Assembly: GCA_041746575.1 (NCBI GenBank)
Contig: JBGTGT010000040.1
Location: 1-64,000, forward strand
Direction: 5' to 3'
DNA: 64,000 bases
Source: Microcystaceae cyanobacterium
GTDB taxonomy: Bacteria > Cyanobacteriota > Cyanobacteriia > Cyanobacteriales > Microcystaceae
The position numbers and the translations under genes were made by a program. Below the pieces are notes generated by a model. That model did no database searches, was not told where the DNA came from, and saw only the letters and a list, made by a program, of their open reading frames with translations. Below are positions 29,796 through 39,062 of this stretch, piece by piece. Position 1 is the stretch's first letter; every line of letters begins with the position of its first letter.

Positions 29796-30719
29796 TTAAG
29801 CCAGTTTTCCCCATGTATTAGGGCCAACCATGCCATCCGCGCTGAGTCCTTGCGCTTGCTGAAATTCTCGCACTGCTTTAGCGGTATTTGGTCCAAAAAC
29901 CCCATCTGCGCCAACGTTCAATTTTTGTTGCAATTTCACCACATCTGAACCCCGCATCATCGGACGACTAAGGCGTAGGAGACGAGGTTGTTCATCCCAA
30001 GGTGCGATCGCAAATCCCATCACCGGAGATTTCGTTAAGGCGGATTCAGTGTCGGGACCATAATCCCCATCTTCGTCAATTTTTGAAGTAGGATGATTTT
30101 TATTCCAGAGTTTTTGAATAGCTGACATTGCCGTACTGCGAAGATCTTTCTTTCCTGCGCCTACATAATCAAAATGAGGGGGATCAGAGGGGCCTAACCA
30201 ACGCCACCCCTGACGTTCGAGAAAAGGTTTCCAGCCATTATGATCTTGAATATCGATCGCTAATCCACTTTGGTGGTTACTACGCCCAGGAGCGGCAACA
30301 ATGGAATAACCACAACCCCGTCCCCACCGAAATAAGAGTAATTGTTGAGCAATCGTCCGATAAGCCGAATTAACGGTCATACTTATGCCTCTTTCTTGAA
30401 TAGCTTTGTGTAAGCCTTCTTTTGCGGGGGGTTGCACAAAGGGATAGGCCGCATCTCCCAAGTTCACCTTCAAATCATCAAAACTGACGAGGGCATCGGG
30501 AACAATGAGGTTCATCTGGTGAATCAACTGCTGAGACAGACCATCCACGATAAAGGTCGAGCATCCGGGAGCAGATCCCAGCAAACCTGTAAAAGCCGCC
30601 CGTGTTGCCACGTCTTCGCTGGCACTTCTGGCTTCTCCCTCATTAATATCTAGACAGGGATCAGTCTCAAAGTCTAGCTCGATAGTATCTAGGATGTTAT
30701 CCTTATGAAAATCGGTCAT
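29796..30719 (-). CDS. M15-type zinc peptidase with two peptidoglycan-binding domains and an acidic N-terminal leader
   Basis: SAYRT, SNHQSGLAIDI (SxHxxGxAxD), DPPHFDY; DGDYGPDT and DGVFGPNT..VREFQ..GL.ADGMVG PG-binding repeats; no signal peptide. Confidence 0.88.
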   Translation of the reverse strand: MTDFHKDNILDTIELDFETDPCLDINEGEARSASEDVATRAAFTGLLGSAPGCSTFIVDGLSQQLIHQMNLIVPDALVSFDDLKVNLGDAAYPFVQPPAKEGLHKAIQERGISMTVNSAYRTIAQQLLLFRWGRGCGYSIVAAPGRSNHQSGLAIDIQDHNGWKPFLERQGWRWLGPSDPPHFDYVGAGKKDLRSTAMSAIQKLWNKNHPTSKIDEDGDYGPDTESALTKSPVMGFAIAPWDEQPRLLRLSRPMMRGSDVVKLQQKLNVGADGVFGPNTAKAVREFQQAQGLSADGMVGPNTWGKLA

Positions 30720-30803
30720 GTTTTCTCTCCTTAGTGTGAGTAGGTGAACAAAATCAATGAATCAAGAACGCTGATAATTTGCTCTGTTTAACACCGTTTT
30801 TTC

Positions 30804-31718
30804 TTAAAGACCTAAAGCTTGACGGGTTGCTGAGCCAACTTTTCCGTCCACGTTTAACCCTTTTTGACCCTGAAACGTGCGTACTGCCTGATCAGTCGCT
30901 TGGCCAAAGACGCCATCTGCTCCTGATTCACCGACGCTTAAACCCGACTTGAGCAAAGCCTGTTGCAGTTGTTTGACATCTTCCCCCTTCATCGAAGGAC
31001 TGGTAAGTTGCAAGAGTCGAACCGTGATTTCTGTTTGTTGTGCTTGATCTTGCCAAGATTGGCTTAAAAACAAAGCTTGTTCTGCTTTACGTCGCCGAGT
31101 CAATCCGGCTAAGGCTTGTCCACCTGCTTTATTCCAGCGAGGAAATTCATTGGCTGCTCCTTGAATATCGCCTTGATTGAGCTTTTTGAGCAACGTAGAT
31201 TGAAAAAACGCCCTTGCTCCCACATTGAAAGCAAAAGAGACGAGAGCCGCAAATTGATGCTCATTGAGGGCAATTTTAACAGCGCGGGAAACCGCCTCTT
31301 CAAAATTAGCAAGGTCTTCTCGCAGAAAATCATCCGCCTTCGCAACGGCAATTCTCATTCCTCGAAAAACCCCTTTGGTATGACCATAACCAATCGTCCA
31401 AACGCCTACCCCATCGTCATAGGCTTTTAACTCAATAAGTGAACCCTTTTGAAAAACTTTTTCGGCTAATCCTTCAAACGATTTAATTAAGTTGAGTCCT
31501 TCTGAATTAATTCGTTGTCGAGCGGCGCGGGTTGCCGTTTCCCTTATTTCAGGAACGGGTGTATCAGCCTCTGCGATCTGAAAAGTTGTTGCTGGGGAGA
31601 ATGCCAAAACGTCTTGGAGTCTTTGAGCATCTCCTTGCGTTTCCGTCATTTTAATGGCTGTACCGTCTTCGAGTTCATAAACCCGGCCATCGGCAAAAAT
31701 AAGGAGTGAATAGGACAT
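30804..31718 (-). CDS. GH24 (phage-type) lysozyme with C-terminal peptidoglycan-binding domain and N-terminal leader
   Basis: LIKSFEG, AYDDGVGVWTIGYGHT, QFAALVSFAFNVG, GLTRRRKAE; MKGEDVKQLQQAL..DGVFG..T PG-binding domain; no signal peptide. Confidence 0.92.
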   Translation of the reverse strand: MSYSLLIFADGRVYELEDGTAIKMTETQGDAQRLQDVLAFSPATTFQIAEADTPVPEIRETATRAARQRINSEGLNLIKSFEGLAEKVFQKGSLIELKAYDDGVGVWTIGYGHTKGVFRGMRIAVAKADDFLREDLANFEEAVSRAVKIALNEHQFAALVSFAFNVGARAFFQSTLLKKLNQGDIQGAANEFPRWNKAGGQALAGLTRRRKAEQALFLSQSWQDQAQQTEITVRLLQLTSPSMKGEDVKQLQQALLKSGLSVGESGADGVFGQATDQAVRTFQGQKGLNVDGKVGSATRQALGL

Positions 31719-32073
31719 TTTTGATAATCAGATTAATACGCACTATCAAATACACCAATTATCGTAAGTGAGATTCCGGACATTTATTTAAGGGATTTAT
31801 GATTTTTGTCAAATCTTCAAAAAACAAGATTTTATAAGTCGAAAATTCCCTCATCTCCCCATTTCTCTCCCTTTCGACCCCTCGATTCAGAACAGATAAC
31901 AAAAACTCTATCGCCCCATTAGCAGATTTTAATGCTGTTGATCCTGAATTGTCCGCCCGACAACGATATACTAAGCAATAGCATTGTTAAAACAAGTTTA
32001 CAAAACGCGCTTAGCATTGCTAGCTCTAGTGATACTAAACTTATCAAGAGATTACCCTCAATAAGTAACGAAA

Positions 32074-33192
32074 ATGACTACAGGAATTGACCTTAAAGGC
32101 AGTTTTATTCAATCCCTTACCGATTATGGTGTTCCGTCGGGGTTAGCCAAAACCCTCTGGATTCCGCTACCCTCATTTTTAATGATTATTGGGGCAACTG
32201 TCGGCGTTTTAGTGGTAGTTTGGCTAGAACGTAAGATTTCCGCCGCCGCACAACAGCGCATTGGTCCTGAATATGCTGGTCCTTTAGGCGTTCTTCAACC
32301 CGTTGCCGATGGCATCAAATTGGTCTTAAAAGAAGATATCATCCCCGCTAAAGCCGATCCTTGGTTGTTTACCATTGGTCCAATCTTGGTGGTTCTCCCG
32401 GTCTTTGTTTCTTATTTAATTGTCCCTTTTGGGCAAAATTTAGTAATTACTGACCTTAATATCGGGATTTTCCTCTGGATTGCCCTCTCTAGTATCGCAC
32501 CGATTGGCTTACTGATGTCAGGCTATGCCTCCAACAATAAATATTCTCTATTAGGGGGACTCAGAGCGGCCGCTCAATCTATCAGTTACGAAATTCCCTT
32601 AGCCTTATCGGTGTTGGCAGTAGTCATGATGTCCAATAGCCTTAGTACCATTGACATTGTACAGCAACAGTCCGGTTATGGCATCTTAGGCTGGAATATT
32701 TGGCGACAACCCGTCGGTTTCCTCATTTTTTGGATGGCCGCCTTAGCTGAATGTGAACGGTTACCCTTTGATTTACCCGAAGCGGAAGAAGAACTGGTCG
32801 CCGGTTATCAAACCGAATATGCAGGGATGAAATTTGGTTTATTTTACGTCGGATCTTACGTTAACCTAGTACTATCTGCTTTAGTCGTTGCCATTCTCTA
32901 TTTGGGTGGTTGGGAGTTTCCCATTCCCCTTGATCGCTTGGCAGGTTGGTTAGGCATCAATGAAGCCAATGCGGGATTACAGGTGATTACCGCTTCATTA
33001 GGCATCATTATGACGGTTTTGAAAGCCTATTTACTGATTTTTGTAGCGATATTACTGCGTTGGACACTGCCACGGGTACGGATTGACCAACTCTTAGATT
33101 TTGGCTGGAAATTCTTGTTACCTGTCTCCCTTGCCAATTTATTGCTGACGGCCGCTCTGAAATTAGCCTTTCCTGTTGCTTTCGGGGGTTAA
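32074..33192 (+). CDS. ndhA: NDH-1 subunit A
   Basis: [43 protein letters not shown]. Confidence 0.98.
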   Translation: MTTGIDLKGSFIQSLTDYGVPSGLAKTLWIPLPSFLMIIGATVGVLVVVWLERKISAAAQQRIGPEYAGPLGVLQPVADGIKLVLKEDIIPAKADPWLFTIGPILVVLPVFVSYLIVPFGQNLVITDLNIGIFLWIALSSIAPIGLLMSGYASNNKYSLLGGLRAAAQSISYEIPLALSVLAVVMMSNSLSTIDIVQQQSGYGILGWNIWRQPVGFLIFWMAALAECERLPFDLPEAEEELVAGYQTEYAGMKFGLFYVGSYVNLVLSALVVAILYLGGWEFPIPLDRLAGWLGINEANAGLQVITASLGIIMTVLKAYLLIFVAILLRWTLPRVRIDQLLDFGWKFLLPVSLANLLLTAALKLAFPVAFGG

Positions 33193-33280
33193 GGTCTGTC
33201 AAGCTGGTAATGATGGATTGAGACAAGTTTGGGCAAATCCAACATCCCCCTCCAATCGAAATTGACTTAGGATAACTATC

Positions 33281-33853
33281 ATGTTTAACATTCTCAAACA
33301 AGTCAGTGATTACGCTAAAGGAAGCGTAGAAGCGGCAAAATACATTGGTCAAGGACTTTCAGTCACCTTTGATCATATGCGTCGTCGTCCAGTGACCGTT
33401 CAATATCCTTACGAAAAGTTAATTCCTTCCGAACGTTTTCGCGGACGGATTCACTTTGAATTTGATAAATGTATTTCCTGTGAAGTTTGTGTACGCGTTT
33501 GCCCAATTAATCTGCCTGTTGTCGATTGGGAATTCAATAGAGCGGTTAAAAAGAAAGAACTCAAACACTACAGTATTGATTTTGGGGTTTGTATTTTTTG
33601 TGGCAATTGTGTGGAATACTGCCCAACGAATTGCCTATCCATGACGGAAGAGTACGAACTCGCTTCTTATGATCGCCATGAACTGAACTACGATAACGTT
33701 GCTTTGGGTCGCTTACCTTATAAAGTGACTGAAGATGCGATGGTGACGCCCTTACGGGAATTCGGTTACTTACCCAAAGGCGTGATTGATCCTCATGACT
33801 TACCTCAAGGGAGTCAACGTTCTGGTAAACGTCCCGAAGAAATTAACAGTTAA
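33281..33853 (+). CDS. ndhI: NDH-1 subunit I (2x[4Fe-4S])
   Basis: [12 protein letters not shown] and [12 protein letters not shown]. Confidence 0.98.
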   Translation: MFNILKQVSDYAKGSVEAAKYIGQGLSVTFDHMRRRPVTVQYPYEKLIPSERFRGRIHFEFDKCISCEVCVRVCPINLPVVDWEFNRAVKKKELKHYSIDFGVCIFCGNCVEYCPTNCLSMTEEYELASYDRHELNYDNVALGRLPYKVTEDAMVTPLREFGYLPKGVIDPHDLPQGSQRSGKRPEEINS

Positions 33854-33865
33854 CCGTAATTTGTC

Positions 33866-33886
33866 GAGGCGCGGGTGTTTACGCCC
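33866..33886. repeat. Short GC-rich REP-like hairpin repeat (copy 1)
   Basis: GAGGCGCGGGTGTTTACGCCC; its reverse complement resembles 51877-51896. Confidence 0.45.
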
Positions 33887-33929
33887 AAGCAGTGACCAAT
33901 CATCATTCAAAAAAGGAGAAAAAATCAGC

Positions 33930-34544
33930 GTGAACATTGCAGAAGGCGTACAACTCGTCGCTTTTGGACTATTATCCTTAATGGTCATTGGAGCCGCGTT
34001 AGGCGTGGTTTTATTATCAAACATTGTCTATTCAGCCTTTTTGTTGGGGGGTGTCTTTATTAGCATCTCTGGCATTTATATTCTCTTAAATGCTGATTTT
34101 GTAGCCGCCGCTCAAATTTTAGTTTATATTGGGGCGGTCAATGTCTTAATTTTATTTGCCATCATGTTGGTCAATAAAAAAGAGGATTTTTCTCAAATTC
34201 CGAAACGGTGGATTCGTCAAGTTTCAACAGCTGTCGTTTGTTTAGGTTTGTTTGCGCTTTTGGGAACAATGGTTTTAGTCACCCCTTGGGAATTAAAATC
34301 CCTTCCTGCTGGCCAAGTTAGCAACACATTAATTCAATTAGGTGAACACTTCTTTAGTGATTTTCTCTTGCCTTTTGAACTCGCTTCAGTTTTACTGTTA
34401 ATGGCAATGGTGGGGGCAATTATCTTGGCGCGTCGTGATTTCATTCCCGAAATTATTAAAGAAGATCCCAGTTCTACCTCTTTGACGTTACCTGAGCGTC
34501 CACGGGAATTATCCTCAGTGTCATCATTATTAGAAGAAAACTAA
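33930..34544 (+). CDS. ndhG: NDH-1 subunit G
   Basis: GTG start after AGGAG; NIVYSAFLLGGVF, AQILVYIGAVNVLILFAIMLVN, LLPFELAS. Confidence 0.97.
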   Translation: MNIAEGVQLVAFGLLSLMVIGAALGVVLLSNIVYSAFLLGGVFISISGIYILLNADFVAAAQILVYIGAVNVLILFAIMLVNKKEDFSQIPKRWIRQVSTAVVCLGLFALLGTMVLVTPWELKSLPAGQVSNTLIQLGEHFFSDFLLPFELASVLLLMAMVGAIILARRDFIPEIIKEDPSSTSLTLPERPRELSSVSSLLEEN

Positions 34545-34562
34545 TTTTTATTGTGAGGAAAA

Positions 34563-34874
34563 ATGCAAATACAATTAGAGTATTGTCTCATTTTAGCGGC
34601 GGCTTTATTCTGTATTGGAATCTATGGCTTAGTCACCAGTCGCAATGCAGTACGCGTTTTAATGTCTATTGAATTACTCCTCAATGCCGTTAATCTCAAT
34701 TTAATTGGCTTTTCTAATTTTCTCGATCCTGTTACCATTAAAGGGCAAGTTTTTACCGTTTTTGTTATTACCGTTGCCGCCGCCGAAGCCGCCGTTGGTT
34801 TAGCAATTGTTCTGTCAATCTATCGAAACCGTAACACCATTGATATGGAACAATTTAACCTGTTGAAATGGTAA
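34563..34874 (+). CDS. ndhE: NDH-1 subunit E
   Basis: [32 protein letters not shown]. Confidence 0.98.
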   Translation: MQIQLEYCLILAAALFCIGIYGLVTSRNAVRVLMSIELLLNAVNLNLIGFSNFLDPVTIKGQVFTVFVITVAAAEAAVGLAIVLSIYRNRNTIDMEQFNLLKW

Positions 34875-34941
34875 AGTTAAAAAGGGTAGAGTACCAAACT
34901 AAATTTGATATTTCTCTACCCTCTCATTTTTGCGCTCAATC

Positions 34942-35037
34942 AATCAAACATTGGCTTTTTGAATCGAAGAAGATAAGTTATATAAAGATTGCGAAAAGTC
35001 CAAAATTTGTAGACTGACTCGCTCTGAATGAGCATAA
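34942..35037. repeat. 96-bp direct repeat of 35423..35518 (3' end of the isiC-like gene)
   Basis: Manual alignment gives 89/96 identical bases with no gaps. Confidence 0.9.
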
Positions 35038-35081
35038 CTGATTCGATAAACTATACTCTTGGATTGTTAAACTCAAAATTA

Positions 35082-35432
35082 TTATGGTAGTTTATTCACA
35101 ATATTATCCCTCAACAAAAGAAATAACAACAGGAGCGATTTAAACAAGGGTGTTGCTAATTGTTTAATTCTTCTTCTCCATCTAAAATACTGCCTTTCTT
35201 CAAAATCAAGACAATAAATTGCTTCTTCAGTAAATGCTTGACAAGGTCGTACTGTACATTTGAGACGATAATCTCCCGTTGAAAAAGCACAGCGACTACA
35301 GGGAATTCGATGCAATTTTTGCAGTTTAATGATCCCTTCTCTGAGCGCAAAACAGATTGAAGTAAAGAAACAAACCAGCGTCGCCCAGATAGCAAGGGGG
35401 CAAATTAGTTGAGGTAAAGATAAATCAAACAT
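35082..35432 (-). CDS. Small Cys-rich membrane-anchored protein of the iron-stress operon
   Basis: TM followed by IPCSRCAFSTGDYRLKCTVRPCQAFTEEAIYC; overlaps the stop of the upstream gene. Confidence 0.75.
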   Translation of the reverse strand: MFDLSLPQLICPLAIWATLVCFFTSICFALREGIIKLQKLHRIPCSRCAFSTGDYRLKCTVRPCQAFTEEAIYCLDFEERQYFRWRRRIKQLATPLFKSLLLLFLLLRDNIVNKLP

Positions 35433-36162
35433 TGGCTTTTTGAGTCGAAGAAGATAAGTTAGATAAAGATTGCAAAAAGTCCAAAATTTGTGGACTGACT
35501 AGCTCTGGGTGAGCATAATGGAAAAAATAACGCCCTTTCGGACATTGCCATAAGCGATCGCCTTCTTTTAACCTTGTTTTCCATCCTTGCCATGAATTAG
35601 GATCGATGACCATATCGTATTCTCCTGCACCCACCCATACGGGAACAGAAGCATCTTGTGGAGGCAAATGCAGTCGCTGATACAAGCTATGGGGTGATAA
35701 TGAAAGGAATAAATCTTTTTCAAGAATTTGACGATATTTTCGTGTCGTCGAACGGGATTGATGTCCAAAAAGATTATAAACCGTCTGAGTTAAAAGCGTT
35801 TCACGAGAACACAAAAGCAAATTTAGCTGCACATAATAGTGTGCTTTCCAGTCAACTGCCGGATAGGCACCTACCGAAAGTAAGGTCAAGGATTTAACCC
35901 GTTGAGGATAGCGATGAGTATAGAGTAAACTGAGTAATCCCCCATTGCCATGACCTAACAAATGGACGGGATGGTCATTGTATTTCAGGTAATCATGTAG
36001 TAAAACAAGCGCAACATCTAGGGAAGCCGGTTCATCTGGGGTTTGATAATACTGCCATTCAGCAATACTTAGGTTTTGAGACAAACCATTGAGAAGAGGT
36101 TGATTGAAAGCACTTAAACTCGGATTAACATCAACCCAGACAGCATCAGGTAATTGGGACAT
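35425..36162 (-). CDS. isiC: Alpha/beta hydrolase, IsiC-like
   Basis: Downstream of isiA-isiB; WQYYQTPDEP, VHLLGHGNGG, RYFFHY. Confidence 0.75.
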   Translation of the reverse strand: MSQLPDAVWVDVNPSLSAFNQPLLNGLSQNLSIAEWQYYQTPDEPASLDVALVLLHDYLKYNDHPVHLLGHGNGGLLSLLYTHRYPQRVKSLTLLSVGAYPAVDWKAHYYVQLNLLLCSRETLLTQTVYNLFGHQSRSTTRKYRQILEKDLFLSLSPHSLYQRLHLPPQDASVPVWVGAGEYDMVIDPNSWQGWKTRLKEGDRLWQCPKGRYFFHYAHPELVSPQILDFLQSLSNLSSSTQKANV

Positions 36163-36293
36163 AATGATGGCGAAATAACGAAGATGATGAGAGAAGAAAA
36201 CCCCTCTCCTCAGTTTTAAAGTAAGAAGAAGGGAAAAAGAGGAGAACCCTTTTTGAGAGGAGAAATCTGTTTGAAATACAAGCTAGGGCTTAA

Positions 36294-36807
36294 CTACAAG
36301 CCAAGTTCATTTTTGAGATGAGTCACCCATGTTTTGATTCGGTCATTTGTTAAATCTGACTGATTATCTTCATCCAGTGCTAAACCGACAAATTTACCGT
36401 TTTTAATCGCTCTGGATTTATTAAAGTCATAACCCGTCCGTTGGCCAATAACCTACAGTTGTTCCACCTAATTGACTGATTCTGGCTTCTAAAATGCCCA
36501 TTGCATCTTGAAAATTGTCACTGTAACCTATTTGATCACCCGTGCCAAAATAAGCGATTTTTTTGCCTTTGAAATTAATATCATCTAAGTCATCGTAAAT
36601 GTTATCCCAATCAGTTTGTAGCTCTCCGATATTCCAAGTAGGACAGCCAATGATCAGATAGTCGTAATTTTCTAATTCTTGGGGTTCGACATGGGCAATA
36701 TCCATTAAATCCACCCCGTTTTCGCCCCATAATTCGCTTTGAATCATTTCTGCGATGCTTTCTGTTTTGCCGGTTTGTGTGCCGTAAAAGAGTCCAATTT
36801 TAGCCAT
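36294..36807 (-). pseudogene. isiB: Flavodoxin with a single-base frameshift
   Basis: MAKIGLFYGTQTGKT...GCPTWNIG...YWPTDG, then one extra base at CCC 36433-36435; the shifted frame continues [28 protein letters not shown]...ELGL*; 514 nt = 171 codons + 1. Confidence 0.92.
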
Positions 36808-36885
36808 GTTTAACCTGTATGATATTTGAAGAAATAAAGGTGTTCTCATCATCAGGATCGAATGTTAACTGTCCAACATTAGAAA

Positions 36886-37914
36886 TTAAGCATCGATACT
36901 ATCTAAGGCTTTTTCTACACGACGAAAATCAAAACCTATCGCTCGTAAAGCGTGCCATAAATGACCTTGGAGGAAGAAGAAAGCTAAGACAAAATGAGCA
37001 TTCGCTAACCAGCAACGAGCTGTATGTTCACCGAAAGGTAAATCAACTGTATCGGCAAAATAAGGCATAATTCCCAGTTTGATGGCTAAAGGCGCACCAT
37101 AAAACTCAACTGGATAGGCAAGGGTATTGACTGCGCAGAAATAGGCGGCAACAAATCCAGCAAGGGCAATACCTCCCAAAGAATAGGATAAAATAGCTTC
37201 ACCAGAGAAAATTAAGACTTTTTTCGTCCATTTCAACGGTGATACGAGAATATGCCAAATTCCGCCCCCAATCAGCATAAAGCCCACATAAATATGACCC
37301 CCCACTAAGTCTTCAAGACTACTAATACTGGCAAAATGGGTTTGATAGCCATAAATCACTAAAGGATCAAGGGTAGGAGCAGTAATTAATCGAACGGTCT
37401 GCGTCGTAGCATCATAGAGTCCGCCCCAGTACATCGCTTTTCCTGCCAATAATAACGCCCCTGCTCCTAAAAACAGTAAATGATGCCCTAAAATTATTCC
37501 TAGTTGTTTGGGATCATTCCACTCGAAATGAAAGCGTTTCGCTGGGCCTTTTGCTGTTTTCAGGTCTTCTGGGGCTTTAAAAGTATGAAATAACGCTCCT
37601 GCCCCTAAAACGGCCGAAGCAACTAGGTGAATCGCCCCTACAACAAAGTAAGGATAGGTATCCACAATTTTTCCTCCTTCACCCACACCCCATCCTAAGG
37701 TGGCTAAGTGAGGTAACAAAATTAGACCTTGCTCTCCCATCGGCAAACTGGGATCAAACCACGAAATTTCAAACAGGGTAAAAGATCCCGCCCAAAACGT
37801 AATTAACGCCGCCTGTGCCACGTGAGCCGCAATAAATAAGCCGGAAAGGTCGGCAAATCGGGCATTTCCAGCCCACCAATCGTAGGTAACTTGAGGTTTG
37901 TCGTAAGTTTGCAT
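36886..37914 (-). CDS. isiA: Iron-stress-induced chlorophyll-binding protein IsiA (CP43')
   Basis: [45 protein letters not shown]; 342 aa. Confidence 0.97.
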   Translation of the reverse strand: MQTYDKPQVTYDWWAGNARFADLSGLFIAAHVAQAALITFWAGSFTLFEISWFDPSLPMGEQGLILLPHLATLGWGVGEGGKIVDTYPYFVVGAIHLVASAVLGAGALFHTFKAPEDLKTAKGPAKRFHFEWNDPKQLGIILGHHLLFLGAGALLLAGKAMYWGGLYDATTQTVRLITAPTLDPLVIYGYQTHFASISSLEDLVGGHIYVGFMLIGGGIWHILVSPLKWTKKVLIFSGEAILSYSLGGIALAGFVAAYFCAVNTLAYPVEFYGAPLAIKLGIMPYFADTVDLPFGEHTARCWLANAHFVLAFFFLQGHLWHALRAIGFDFRRVEKALDSIDA

Positions 37915-37947
37915 CGTTGTCTGTGTCCATTTGATAATTTCTAGAAC

Positions 37948-38010
37948 TTACTGAAATTAATTCTCAATAAGATTTGAAAATAGTGTAGAGGAATTCTCAG
38001 TAATAGTCAA
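37948..38010 (-). promoter_or_regulatory. Sigma70-type isiA promoter overlapped by Fur-box-like operators
   Basis: Minus strand TTGACT (38005-38010), 17-bp spacer, TACACT (37982-37987); imperfect palindrome TTATTGAGAATTAATTTCAGTAA at 37948-37970; half-site TTACTGAGAATT in the spacer. Confidence 0.75.
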
Positions 38011-38150
38011 TGAAGAAATATGACAAAATTCCTAATCTGCGTTTGAGAAGTCACTTTATTTATTCAAGACGGGTAACTGCTACGTAAAGAAGTGCTTAGG
38101 GAGATTTGTCCGCTCTGTAAGTTAAACATCAACGGGTCATTGTTATTCCT

Positions 38151-38173
38151 TAAATGAAAAGACTTCTCAATAA
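38151..38173. promoter_or_regulatory. Distal Fur-box-like site upstream of isiA
   Basis: TAAATGAAAAGACTTCTCAATAA shares the TTCTCAATAA half-site with 37948-37970. Confidence 0.5.
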
Positions 38174-38184
38174 AAAAGATTTGT

Positions 38185-38958
38185 CTAAGGAATCAAGTCC
38201 AAAAATGACAAAGGATGGCTCATATTTTCTGCAAAACCAAGAATTCCCGAATCTTGATGGTCATAGATTAATTCCCCTTGCTCATTAAAGAGAAAAGTTG
38301 CCCCTCTTTGGGTCAAAAAATCCGCATTCGGCACATATATTGACCAATGACTAAGAACTTCGGTCATATTTCTCAATCTTAAAGTTGCTAACTCAAAAGG
38401 ACGTTGAAATCCTTTACCCCCTGCCCGTTTAAAAAATGACCCTTTTAGAGGAGGAAGCGGTTTAGCATGGATAACTTCGTCATCATCGATTAACTGAGGG
38501 GCGTTTTTATCTCCCGTGTAACCCCGTAACACTTCCTTGAGGGTGTGAGGACTGCCAATCCCTGCGCACATCAACATGAGGTTAACCCATGCCCTTTGTG
38601 AAGAAGATAACAAAGGAAATTTAAGCTTCAAGCCCTTATATAAGCCTAATTGATCGTGAATTTCGGCGTTAGGGTCAACAAATAAATTATCCGAAGGAAA
38701 ACCTGTATAATCACAGAATTGTAAACCAGAACGGCGATCGCCAATCCCAATTGCTCGAATCCCGATATTTTTCGCTTGTAACTGGGCTTGTTCCCGTTGT
38801 AGCCACCCCGCATATTCCAAACTATCAAAATCACCCAATTGCGGCCAAATTAAAAGCAGTAAACGAACTGAAGACGAACAATCGCTTAAGATAGGCAACT
38901 TTTTGCCATCACTCACCCTAACTCGTTCAATTCCTTGCAAAATCGAATAATAATTCAT
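38185..38958 (-). CDS. Peroxiredoxin-like AhpC/TSA-2 family protein
   Basis: WPQLGDFDSLEY, LMCAGIGSP, QRPFELATLRLRNM, TQRGATFLF. Confidence 0.85.
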   Translation of the reverse strand: MNYYSILQGIERVRVSDGKKLPILSDCSSSVRLLLLIWPQLGDFDSLEYAGWLQREQAQLQAKNIGIRAIGIGDRRSGLQFCDYTGFPSDNLFVDPNAEIHDQLGLYKGLKLKFPLLSSSQRAWVNLMLMCAGIGSPHTLKEVLRGYTGDKNAPQLIDDDEVIHAKPLPPLKGSFFKRAGGKGFQRPFELATLRLRNMTEVLSHWSIYVPNADFLTQRGATFLFNEQGELIYDHQDSGILGFAENMSHPLSFLDLIP

Positions 38959-39062
38959 CAAATCATCCAACTCCCCTCTAAAATCTAGACGCTAAAATTC
39001 AACCGACGTTGATCAATCAAAAACAGAGACCTCATAATAAAGAAATACGATCAATTAGATTA

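Noticed and set aside
29796..31718. Prophage lysis cassette
   Set aside because: No holin-sized, spanin, capsid, tail or integrase genes nearby; the hydrolases are co-oriented with caspase genes and the operon contains host HIP1 sites
33786..33929. N-terminal extension of ndhG in the ORF track
   Set aside because: Overlaps ndhI; homology and the RBS point to GTG 33930
36808..36852. Extended flavodoxin N-terminus
   Set aside because: The canonical MAKIGLFYGT start is at 36807
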